The position numbers and the translations under genes were made by a program. A stretch of DNA of 50,647 nt from contig JABWAS010000001.1 in assembly GCA_013360865.1 (NCBI GenBank), forward strand, positions 1 through 50,647, given 5' to 3'. Shown in pieces: positions 1 through 8,074 of the stretch; position 1 is the first letter of the stretch, and each line of letters starts with the position of its first letter. Below the pieces are notes generated by a model. It had not been told where the DNA came from, made no database searches, and saw only the letters and a list, made by a program, of their open reading frames with translations. The DNA is from Candidatus Paceibacter sp. Lineage in GTDB: Bacteria > Patescibacteriota > Minisyncoccia > UBA9983.

Positions 1-351
1 TGAAACCTTGGCCGATATTTCCGAACCGTCCGTAATTCCATGTATTTTTCTAAGCGAATCCCGCACCGGCCGGAAAACCTGCTCGTTGATGTCTTGGGCA
101 ATCTCCCTTGCCGCCGTTTTGTCCACGCCCAACTTGGCCGACAAATTGGCTATAAATTTATTGGGATGTTCTTCGCCAAGTAAAACCAACCCCGTTTCGC
201 CTCCCAAAATACCGGTTTCATCAACGTTTAACTTATGTTTTTTGCCTATGTCTATTATTTTGTCGGAAATGTTTTCGCTGAAATAGGCCTCCCTTAAATC
301 TTCGGGGAGTTTGAGAAAAATTTCTCTTATTTGTTCGTAGGTGTAGGCCAT
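1..351 (-). CDS. hypothetical protein, 3' end cut by window edge
   Basis: ATG at 351-349 opens a stop-free minus frame that runs exactly to position 1 (117 codons, MAYTYEQIREIFLKLPEDLREAYF...). It begins 27 nt after the stop of the 379..2763 gene, so it is probably the last visible gene of that operon. No family recognised. Confidence 0.55.
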   Translation of the reverse strand, partial: MAYTYEQIREIFLKLPEDLREAYFSENISDKIIDIGKKHKLNVDETGILGGETGLVLLGEEHPNKFIANLSAKLGVDKTAAREIAQDINEQVFRPVRDSLRKIHGITDGSEISAKVS

Positions 352-378
352 AATATATTGTTTTTGATCCTAATTTTC

Positions 379-2763
379 CTAAGTGATAATTTTCCCTTTC
401 CACCTGTTCTTTCTAACCGCATAATCATCCAGCATATCTTTTATTCCCCTGGCCCCTTGCCCTTTCTTAATCAATTTTGCCAATCCGTAATTGCCAAGTT
501 CCTCCAAACTTTTAATCGTATCCTCGTAACTGCCCGCGACACCAGTAAGTCCGTCTAACATTCTTTCCATCATATCGCCACCCATCTCTACTATCTTGTT
601 AATTGAACCGGTATTAAGATATTTGGCCAAACTGGGCTCGGTAAGTATATTGTAGGCGTTTTTCTCCATATCAGAAGAAGACGCTTTTTTGACAACCCCG
701 GCTTTGGCGCGGTAATCAGCCAGCTCTTTTCTAAGCGCCTGGTAATAATCATTGTCTTTGACGGCGTATTTCTTGTCCAACTTGCCGAATCCTTCCGGAT
801 TTTCCGCGTTGTAAGCATTGGACAGCTTCTCGTTAAGGAATTTCTCAAATCCGCCACCGAGTTCCGTTTTAATGGCCGCGGCCATTGCCTTGCCCAAACC
901 TTCGGGGTCGTTAACATAATCTTTCTCAAGTTTTTCTCTGATTTCGTTGTATTTGGCCTCGTTTTCTTCCTTATAAGTATTGAGTAATATTTCTCTTTCA
1001 GTATCATCAGCTTTGCCTTTAACCAAAAACGGCGCCTGTCTTTCTATGTCCTTAGGCTTAATACCAAGACTCTTGAGGAATTCTTTGGATTTTTCAATAT
1101 CACCCGGAGCCATCTTTTTAATATCCTCTTTTTTGATGGATTCCTGCAGCATAGCGGACGTCTCATAAGGACGGAATGTTCTGTTATACCAACCGCCCTG
1201 CATTTTCTTCAGCTCATCGGCTGTGTACTTGCCGTATTTCTTTTGCTTTTCTTCCACTATTTTACGGCTTTCCGTGGCAATATCAGCCGCCTTTCTGGTG
1301 GCGGCATCGCCGGCAAAAGGTACATATCTGGCTACATTTCCAACTTTACCCATAAAACCTTTGCCAGTGGCAAAATTTTCAGCCATAGGCGCATACCATC
1401 GCCTCGCGCCGCCTTTCGCGCCCCACCAGCCGTATTTGGCAGTCCCTGCCGCCGCCCCCTGCGCCCAGCCGCGGGCCGTGTGCGCCCAGCCGATGGACAT
1501 GCTGGCCGTTTTGCCACCCAGTTGCCTAGCCACCATAAGCGAGGCGAGCATAAGCCCAGCCGCGACGAAGAAATGGAAAAACGGCACCAGAATTGAGCCG
1601 GCGTTCAGGCCAAAAGCCAGCTTTAAATTAGAATTTTCCGTGGTCTGCGTAATGCTCTTTAAAAAGTCGCTGTTTATCAGCTTGGTCACCAAGACAAACA
1701 TAAACAGAAAGGCCGGAGCGAAAAACGATTGTCCTATAAGATAACCCCACCACTGGCTGGAATACTTTTTCATACTGGGCAAGACCACCCCTATAATCAT
1801 TATTGGAGAAAACATCATCACCATCCACAAAACCACCACCCGCACCACGAACATAATCGCCCCGGCAAAAAGCACGAAAGCGGCCAATATGGCCAAAGCC
1901 GCCTCCAACAGCACCGGCAGAGCCAGGGTGAACACAGATTCGCTGAAACCCCCTCCCTCGTTATAAGCTTGTTGGATAACGCCTTCTACGCTGTCCGTGC
2001 TGCCTGTTAACATCTGCTGCGGATTAAATGCGGCCATAAAAACATTGCCCAGGTTTTTCTTCTTGAAATCTCCGTTTATTGTAAGGTCGTTTTTGATGTT
2101 GCCCACCGTCCCCCCTTTGTCCGCGTCAATTTGATTATAAAATTCCCAGGCAAAGACATGGGAGGCGTCTATGACCATTTTGGTAATCAGCATGCTGAAG
2201 TTAACCAGCACTGCCGCTACGATTATACTGGGCAAAACTTTTTTAATACTGGCTCCTCCGTACTGCAAAATCATTGATACTGCCAGATACAGAAGGATGA
2301 AAATAAAAACAAGGTTGATCAAATCCCTTACCATCGTCCAGCCCGTGGCTATCATTATGTTTTTTTCTGTGTCAAAAATTTCGCCGGACAAAGAAAATTC
2401 AATACTGGCGTTGAACAAGCTTGATGCCAGGTTGGTGATGAAGACAGCCGCGGGCAAAATCCAATGGACGGCAACATAGAGAAAAAGATAACTGACGCAC
2501 TTTCCGAATGTTCCTCCGGCTATTCCCATAGTCCAGCCGCAAGGATCCTCTATTTCACCGTCTTTGCTGCCCTTATTTTCATTGACCACGCCAAGTCCTT
2601 TTTCTATGCGATCAACGCGCTCTTCTAAGTCATTTGAGTTATTATTCCCGTTATTCCCTTGCTGCTGGGCGTAAACCATACTTAAACCGGAAAACCCCGC
2701 CGGCGCCAAGGCGGGTACAATCACGGAAATTATTAGCAGATATGTGATTATTTTCTTAAACAT
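379..2763 (-). CDS. large polytopic membrane protein with signal peptide and ~330-aa Lys/Glu-rich C-terminal tail (family unknown)
   Basis: Track ORF 379..2781 begins at a GTG. The in-frame ATG at 2763 gives MFKKIITYLLIISVIVPALAPAGFSGLSMVYAQ, a signal-peptide-like N-terminus. This is followed by a QQQGNNGNNNS low-complexity stretch, roughly 8 or more hydrophobic helices, and a charged tail. Confidence 0.8.
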   Translation of the reverse strand: MFKKIITYLLIISVIVPALAPAGFSGLSMVYAQQQGNNGNNNSNDLEERVDRIEKGLGVVNENKGSKDGEIEDPCGWTMGIAGGTFGKCVSYLFLYVAVHWILPAAVFITNLASSLFNASIEFSLSGEIFDTEKNIMIATGWTMVRDLINLVFIFILLYLAVSMILQYGGASIKKVLPSIIVAAVLVNFSMLITKMVIDASHVFAWEFYNQIDADKGGTVGNIKNDLTINGDFKKKNLGNVFMAAFNPQQMLTGSTDSVEGVIQQAYNEGGGFSESVFTLALPVLLEAALAILAAFVLFAGAIMFVVRVVVLWMVMMFSPIMIIGVVLPSMKKYSSQWWGYLIGQSFFAPAFLFMFVLVTKLINSDFLKSITQTTENSNLKLAFGLNAGSILVPFFHFFVAAGLMLASLMVARQLGGKTASMSIGWAHTARGWAQGAAAGTAKYGWWGAKGGARRWYAPMAENFATGKGFMGKVGNVARYVPFAGDAATRKAADIATESRKIVEEKQKKYGKYTADELKKMQGGWYNRTFRPYETSAMLQESIKKEDIKKMAPGDIEKSKEFLKSLGIKPKDIERQAPFLVKGKADDTEREILLNTYKEENEAKYNEIREKLEKDYVNDPEGLGKAMAAAIKTELGGGFEKFLNEKLSNAYNAENPEGFGKLDKKYAVKDNDYYQALRKELADYRAKAGVVKKASSSDMEKNAYNILTEPSLAKYLNTGSINKIVEMGGDMMERMLDGLTGVAGSYEDTIKSLEELGNYGLAKLIKKGQGARGIKDMLDDYAVRKNRWKGKIIT

Positions 2764-2767
2764 TTTA

Positions 2768-5281
2768 TTAAGGCGAAACACTGCTTGTTTGATCGGCTAA
2801 GGCGCAATCATCCGCATCAACATTCTCGTCTTGGGTGTACTCATCCAGCGCGCAAGTGTATTTTATCACGAGCTTGTCCATCTTCTCTTCAATTTTTCCC
2901 GTTTCTTTGCTGACTTCTTTCCACTCTTTCTCACTATGGGTCTGGTAGGTTTTCTTTTCGGAATCAACCGTGGAGATGTTTATTTCTTCCGAAGCTATTT
3001 CTCCGTCGTTGCCGCGGCAGATAATTTTATAATTCGTCTCTGACGCTATTGAACCGGTAGCCGTTTTTTTGGTGGAGTTTGTTTTTTCCTTGCGGTAATA
3101 TCCCTCGCCGACGAAGAAACCAGAATCCGCTTCCAAAGAGTCCGCTTCCGTTATGTAAGCGCTTTCTTCGTCAAGATTGTCTTTGTCCGAGTAGAGATAG
3201 CAGGAAGACGCATTGGAAGAAAGCCAGTAAATATTGGTGGCTGTGTTAACTTCCACAGTGGTGTCGTCCGACAAAATTTCCAGAGAAGCCGGCTCGGCGT
3301 TGCTATCGGCGGCAGTAAGGATGATTTCCTTATCCATGCGGTTGTTGTCCTGGTCGTAACATCTTATGCCGTAAGTTCTTAATTCATCCGTTTTAAACGG
3401 CGGTGTCACATAGCTTCCACTGGTGCCGATGGTTGTGCCGCGCCAAGTCTTTTCTCCTCCGGTCGGGGAGCATTCTTCGGCGCTTACCGCTTTCCAGTGG
3501 ATTCTGGTTGTAGTGGCAAATCCGTTGGAGGCGTTTTTAACGACCGGATTATTTTCAGCGCTCATTTCCTGGCCGGTTTCTCTATTTTTGTTTTTATTGT
3601 TGCGTTTGTTGTAGTCGTAGCAGTAGTGGTCATCGTCTTTCAAGGTCTTTATTTCCCCTATCCTGGTAGCCATCATCACTTCCTCCACGAAAGAATCAAT
3701 TATCTCCAGCGCCCGGGCGGAAACATCAACGGCGGTTAATCCCAAACTCTGGAAAGTTTCTCCGTCCTCAAAAGTTTGCGTGTCGTATGTGTTTTCATAA
3801 TCACTGATTCTTGGCTCAATATCGTTCGTTATGGCCGTCTGAACGCTGGTTCTGTCATTGTTTACGTCATTAATATCTTTGCCCAGCGGGTCAAGATTTT
3901 TGCCAATTTCTTCAATATCGTCGTCGCAGGTTGAATAATCATAACTTGTGTCGCTGGTGCTGGTGGCGTAAATGCAATTAAGTTTAGCCAAAATCGTTCC
4001 CAAATCCTCTTTTGCCCCGTACAAAGCGTCAGATTGGTCTTCCAAAGACCGACCATAATTTTCTTCCCATTCCGTTATCCGGCCGGTTTGGTTGGAAACG
4101 GATTGCTTTTCCTGGGCTAGTTGCTGGTTCTTGCTTAACTCGCCATAGTGATCGCGATTACTGCCGGAATAATTGGCATCCTTATCGTATCCTAACAAGC
4201 CACCCTCTCCATTACCGCCGGTCACAAGCCAACCCATCATAGTAGTAGCCAAGGTGCCGATAATTTCGTCTATTTCGTCAGCAACCTGGAGTCTTTGTTT
4301 ATCTTTGTCAACGACACTGTTAAGCTGGCTTTGAACAAGTTGCCCCGGGGTTTTTGTTTCCCATTTGGCGCATTTCATGCCGTCTTGAAGCTCTGTTTTT
4401 TTGTAAGGATTATCTGGATCAAGAGGATCGTACTCAACTTCTGTTACCATGTTCGGCACTTCTTCAATACATTTCTTTACCCCGAAAAATCCGGAGTTTA
4501 ATTTAAGCTGGAAGCCGCCCATTTCCACGCTCACCCGCGCGGCGGCGTAAGCGTTATCCGCCGCTTGGACCACACGGCCCACATCATTATTCTTGGGCTT
4601 GGTGCTCATCAGCCACATTAAAAATCCTCCGTTCCTAAAGTCGTTGCCGTATTCGCGGACAATATTGTTTTGGCGGATATTAACATCAATATCCAACCAA
4701 TCGCTTATATCATCCCTATCCGCCATGTTTTGGAAATTATCCACAATGTCGTTGAAAGTACACCTATATTTTGCCCTGTCGGTGCCGGGGAAAAAGAAGT
4801 CCATTTTGATACGCAATGGTCCTATCGGCTCGCACAACCATTCCAAATCCATTTTGTCTATTATGGCCCCGCTGACCTGGTTGGCCGTGTCGCGGAAAAA
4901 CCCTTCCGGGTCGCTAAGAAACATCGGACTCCCTTCAAAACCGTTCTGGATCCAGGTCACCAACGCGTCGCCGAACTGGTCTATGATAACGTTGGCGGCC
5001 GTCCAGGCGAGACCGTCAAGCCATGTTTCTTTGTTGGATAAAACTGTAGTATTACCTGCGGTTGTAGCGGAAGAACCAGCAATCATACTTAAAGTGGCGT
5101 TTCTGGTTATGCTAGTCGGAGAAGAATCCATAAGAATATCGTCCACAATGACATTACCATCAATTCCGGTGGCAAATAATTCTAATGGGGCAAATAAGTT
5201 ATAAAAGACAAAAAAGAAAGAAATGATCGCAAATACATTTCTTCTCATTCTTTTTTTTACTGTGAAAAAATCAGAAAACAT
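2768..5281 (-). CDS. 837-aa N-terminally anchored or secreted protein with two C-terminal beta-sandwich-like repeats (family unknown)
   Basis: Long ORF with one N-terminal hydrophobic helix (VFAIISFFFVFYNLFAPLELFA). Two C-terminal modules share a W-x(6-8)-C ... Y-x-I-x-C pattern (IHWKAVSAEEC...YGIRC; IYWLSSNASSC...YKIIC). An alternative ATG at 5248 is possible. Confidence 0.8.
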   Translation of the reverse strand: MFSDFFTVKKRMRRNVFAIISFFFVFYNLFAPLELFATGIDGNVIVDDILMDSSPTSITRNATLSMIAGSSATTAGNTTVLSNKETWLDGLAWTAANVIIDQFGDALVTWIQNGFEGSPMFLSDPEGFFRDTANQVSGAIIDKMDLEWLCEPIGPLRIKMDFFFPGTDRAKYRCTFNDIVDNFQNMADRDDISDWLDIDVNIRQNNIVREYGNDFRNGGFLMWLMSTKPKNNDVGRVVQAADNAYAAARVSVEMGGFQLKLNSGFFGVKKCIEEVPNMVTEVEYDPLDPDNPYKKTELQDGMKCAKWETKTPGQLVQSQLNSVVDKDKQRLQVADEIDEIIGTLATTMMGWLVTGGNGEGGLLGYDKDANYSGSNRDHYGELSKNQQLAQEKQSVSNQTGRITEWEENYGRSLEDQSDALYGAKEDLGTILAKLNCIYATSTSDTSYDYSTCDDDIEEIGKNLDPLGKDINDVNNDRTSVQTAITNDIEPRISDYENTYDTQTFEDGETFQSLGLTAVDVSARALEIIDSFVEEVMMATRIGEIKTLKDDDHYCYDYNKRNNKNKNRETGQEMSAENNPVVKNASNGFATTTRIHWKAVSAEECSPTGGEKTWRGTTIGTSGSYVTPPFKTDELRTYGIRCYDQDNNRMDKEIILTAADSNAEPASLEILSDDTTVEVNTATNIYWLSSNASSCYLYSDKDNLDEESAYITEADSLEADSGFFVGEGYYRKEKTNSTKKTATGSIASETNYKIICRGNDGEIASEEINISTVDSEKKTYQTHSEKEWKEVSKETGKIEEKMDKLVIKYTCALDEYTQDENVDADDCALADQTSSVSP

Positions 5282-6251
5282 TTTTTTTCACTAAAATTTC
5301 TTTAACGCTTTCAAAACCACCGGAAAATTTTTCCACTTCTTGCTTGTAAATCCTGTATCCCAATAATCCCTTTATGGAATCTTCCGGCGCGGTGGCCATC
5401 AATTTAACAGCCTCACTCATGTTGTTTAGGCCATTGATTAAATCAAGGTGGTCTTTAGCCAATTCTTCCGGCACATCCAATTGTCTTAGCTCAGCCAAAG
5501 CGCCGTTATATATTTCCGTTATTTCCAAAAGTTTTTTTACGTCATTGCTGTAATTAACCCCCTCTTTATTTTTAAGGTTCTCCATTAAACGCCCGAAGAT
5601 GACCACCTCGTTTTCTTTTATTTTTTTGTCGTCAACAAGCAATTTTTTAACAGTTATAGAGTATTTTCTGAGATTTTCTTGCCCATTGTCCGCTATTTTT
5701 ATATTAGAAACGTTGTAAGTATCGGTAGGTCTGTTACTGCTCATCTGCAACATGAGTGATTCTACTAAGCTTTCTTTATCTTTGTTAGTTAATTCACCCT
5801 TCTGCTGTTTAATCAGCAAATACTCCGTTAAAAACTGTTTGGCGTAAGCGGCGGTCATTGTGTTTAAGTCGGCGCCGGAGGAGCTTTTGTTTTGAGCGAT
5901 CAGATCTTCTTTTTGGCCGATTTTATCGTCCGGGCCGGCTTTGAGCGGGTTTCGGTTTTGGGCTATTTCTTCGTTGTCTTCCGCGCCGTCGCCGTCGGTG
6001 TCTTTTTTATTCGGGTCGGTTTTCCAAAGAGTCTCCTCCCAGTCTTTTAAACCGTCGCCGTCGGTGTCGGATTCGTACATAGCTCCGTTTTCCGTCGTGG
6101 TAGCGACGGTCAATATTTTTTGCGCTTCTTCTTTTTTGGCCAGATATTCCAAATCGCCTTTTTCGTACTTGGCATAATAAAACCAGCCGGCAAATATCAG
6201 CAGGATAAAAATTATTAAAAATATGATTTTCTTGCCCGGTAAGTAAGCCAA
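5271..6251 (-). CDS. membrane-anchored protein with two thrombospondin-type-3-like Ca-binding motifs
   Basis: The 326-aa ORF has a TTG start with no nearby ATG and an N-terminal TM helix (IIFLIIFILLIFAGWFYY). It carries DTDGDGLKDWEE and DTDGDGAEDNEE (DxDxDG) motifs. Its stop lies 11 nt inside the next gene if that gene starts at 5281. Confidence 0.7.
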   Translation of the reverse strand: MAYLPGKKIIFLIIFILLIFAGWFYYAKYEKGDLEYLAKKEEAQKILTVATTTENGAMYESDTDGDGLKDWEETLWKTDPNKKDTDGDGAEDNEEIAQNRNPLKAGPDDKIGQKEDLIAQNKSSSGADLNTMTAAYAKQFLTEYLLIKQQKGELTNKDKESLVESLMLQMSSNRPTDTYNVSNIKIADNGQENLRKYSITVKKLLVDDKKIKENEVVIFGRLMENLKNKEGVNYSNDVKKLLEITEIYNGALAELRQLDVPEELAKDHLDLINGLNNMSEAVKLMATAPEDSIKGLLGYRIYKQEVEKFSGGFESVKEILVKKNVF

Positions 6252-6356
6252 AGCGACGGCACTTTGCCGTATGTTAATTATACCTTTTGCGAGAGATAAT
6301 TTCCTTTAAAAATCAGGAAAAAATGTGGATAAGTCGCCCATCAAAAAACTCAACCA

Positions 6357-6377
6357 TGTCAAGGTCTCGCCTTGACA
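6357..6377. repeat. REP-like hairpin, copy 1 (8-bp stem, 5-nt loop)
   Basis: TGTCAAGG-TCTCG-CCTTGACA, 28 nt upstream of the transposase-like start codon. Confidence 0.85.
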
Positions 6378-6405
6378 ACCGCTTCGTTCTTTATAAAATT
6401 AAGCA

Positions 6406-7092
6406 ATGAGCAGAAAAATAAATTTTTCACCGGGAGAAAACTACCATATTTATAATCGTGGTAATGACAAAAGGGTAATTTTTCAAAACAAAGCAGATTA
6501 TGACAGATTTACTGCTTTGTTATACATATGCAATGGAACGAAAGATATAAAATTAAGCGATTATCCGAACATCAAAATGGAAAAACTGCTAGAAATAAAA
6601 AGGGGAGAAACTCTCGTTGATATAGGAGCATATTGTTTAATGCCTAATCATTTTCATTTGCTTATACATGAAAAAACCGAGGGCGGTATAAGTAAGTTTA
6701 TGCAAAAATTGCTCACTGCTTATACGATGTATTTTAATAAGAAAAACGAAAGAACAGGGGTATTATTTGGCGGATTATTTAAAGCAACCCATGTCAACGA
6801 AGACCGTTATTTAAAATATCTCCTCTCGTACATTCATTTAAACCCAATTAAGCTCATTGAGCCAGCATGGAAAGAAACAGGTATCAAAAACAAAAAAGGG
6901 GCTGATCTTTTTCTTAAATCTTACATTTATTCCAGTTTTCTGGATTTCACTGTGGAAAAAAGGAAAGAGCTTGTTATTCTTAATAAGAACCAGTTTCCTG
7001 AATACTTTGAAAATTTTAAAGAGTTCGAAGTTTTTATTGAAAATTGGCTTATGTTTTCCAACGACAACCCCACTGTCAAGGCGAGACCTTGA
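6406..7092 (+). CDS. IS200-like / REP-associated tyrosine transposase (RayT-like, Y1 HUH family)
   Basis: HUH motif in CLMPNHFHLLIHE. C-terminal Tyr motif YLLSYIHLNPIK, typical of the YxxxNP helix in RayT/transposase_17 proteins. 228 aa with an ATG start. Confidence 0.8.
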   Translation: MSRKINFSPGENYHIYNRGNDKRVIFQNKADYDRFTALLYICNGTKDIKLSDYPNIKMEKLLEIKRGETLVDIGAYCLMPNHFHLLIHEKTEGGISKFMQKLLTAYTMYFNKKNERTGVLFGGLFKATHVNEDRYLKYLLSYIHLNPIKLIEPAWKETGIKNKKGADLFLKSYIYSSFLDFTVEKRKELVILNKNQFPEYFENFKEFEVFIENWLMFSNDNPTVKARP

Positions 7093-7097
7093 CAGTG
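7071..7097. repeat. REP-like hairpin, copy 2 (inverted; 11-bp stem); likely also a bidirectional terminator
   Basis: CACTGTCAAGG-CGAGA-CCTTGACAGTG. It overlaps the convergent stop codons of the transposase-like gene (7090-7092) and rsmA (7076-7078). Confidence 0.85.
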
Positions 7098-7936
7098 TTT
7101 AAACACTTCCAGTCTTCCAGGTCTAAATCTTCGGCTCTCGCTTTTTCAGCTATGCCGCAGGCGGCAAAATTTTCTTTTTTCGCGCCTAGGTTGCTCAAAA
7201 GCAACTTCCTTTTGTGGGCGAAGCCTTTTCTGACCGTTTCAAAAAAATTTTTCTCATCCAAATCTTTAAAAAATTCTTTGGAAATGCCGGAGATTCTGAT
7301 AACCGCCGAATCCACTTTTGGCTGGGGAATGAAATTGCCCTTGGAAACTATCCTTATTATCTCCGGCCGGCCGTAAGTTTTAACGCTTATGGAAAGAAGG
7401 CTCTCTTTGACGGGAAAAGAAACTTGCCTTCTGGAAAAATTTCCTCCTTCGTCAGTTTTGTAAAAAGACGAGTTTCTTTTCCCGCACTTTTTTCCCAAAC
7501 CAATAATCCTATCCGCCACCTCTTTTTGGATCATCAAGACCATCAAAACTGGCTGAGGTTCCTCGCTCAAAAATTTTCGCAAAAAAAATGAGGTAATATA
7601 ATAAGGCAGGTTGGCAATAATTTTATAACCGCCAATGTCAAGGTTGAACCTTGACATTGGGTCAAATGCCAAAATATCGCCTGAAATAACATCCAGCCTC
7701 CCGTTGTTAATTTCAGCGGAAAATTTTTCTTTTAAAAATTCTACAAGCTCCTCGTCTTTCTCTACCGCTATCACTTTTTTAGCCCTTTGCAGAAGCAACT
7801 CCGTCAAAACACCCTTTCCTGGGCCGACTTCCAGAACAGTATCATCGGGGCTAACTTTCCCCGCCGCGACTATTTCTTCGGCGATTTTTTGGGAATTGAG
7901 AAAATTCTGCCCAAGTGATTTTTTAGCTTTCAGCAT
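7076..7936 (-). CDS. rsmA: 16S rRNA (adenine1518/1519-N6) dimethyltransferase RsmA/KsgA
   Basis: SLGQNFL motif, SAM-binding VLEVGPGKGVLT, and NLPYYITS motif. 286 aa. Confidence 0.9.
   Translation of the reverse strand: MLKAKKSLGQNFLNSQKIAEEIVAAGKVSPDDTVLEVGPGKGVLTELLLQRAKKVIAVEKDEELVEFLKEKFSAEINNGRLDVISGDILAFDPMSRFNLDIGGYKIIANLPYYITSFFLRKFLSEEPQPVLMVLMIQKEVADRIIGLGKKCGKRNSSFYKTDEGGNFSRRQVSFPVKESLLSISVKTYGRPEIIRIVSKGNFIPQPKVDSAVIRISGISKEFFKDLDEKNFFETVRKGFAHKRKLLLSNLGAKKENFAACGIAEKARAEDLDLEDWKCLNTVKVSP
7632..7660. repeat. REP-like hairpin, copy 3, inside the rsmA coding sequence
   Basis: CCAATGTCAAGG-TTGAA-CCTTGACATTGG (12-bp stem). Same TGTCAAGG/CCTTGACA arms as copies 1 and 2. It is translated in-frame as part of ...PMSRFNLDIGG... 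Confidence 0.8.
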
Positions 7937-8074
7937 AAAAAATAAATTCGAAATCCTAATATCGAAATTCGAAACAAATTCTAATTTTTTAAATTTTAAA
8001 TTCTAAACTTTTTGTCATTTGAATTTTAAATTTTGATATTGTTTCGGATTTCGTGCTTCGCGCTTCGGATTTAA

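Larger units (their letters stand above)
6357..7097 (+). mobile_element. REPtron-like unit: Y1 (HUH) transposase gene bracketed by inverted copies of a 21-bp hairpin
   Basis: TGTCAAGGTCTCGCCTTGACA (6357-6377) and its exact reverse complement TGTCAAGGCGAGACCTTGACA (7073-7093) flank the 6406..7092 ORF. Confidence 0.7.

Noticed and set aside
8-286. 92-aa plus-strand ORF at the left edge
   Set aside because: The opposite strand carries a stop-free frame from an ATG at 351 to the window edge. That frame has normal composition and operon context, so the plus-strand ORF is judged spurious.
1223-1744. GC-rich plus-strand ORFs (173 aa and 117 aa) inside the first membrane-protein gene
   Set aside because: They are antisense to a Gly/Ala/Trp-rich segment of the 379..2763 gene. 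The translations are Ala/Pro/Arg-rich, typical of the antisense of GC-rich coding DNA.
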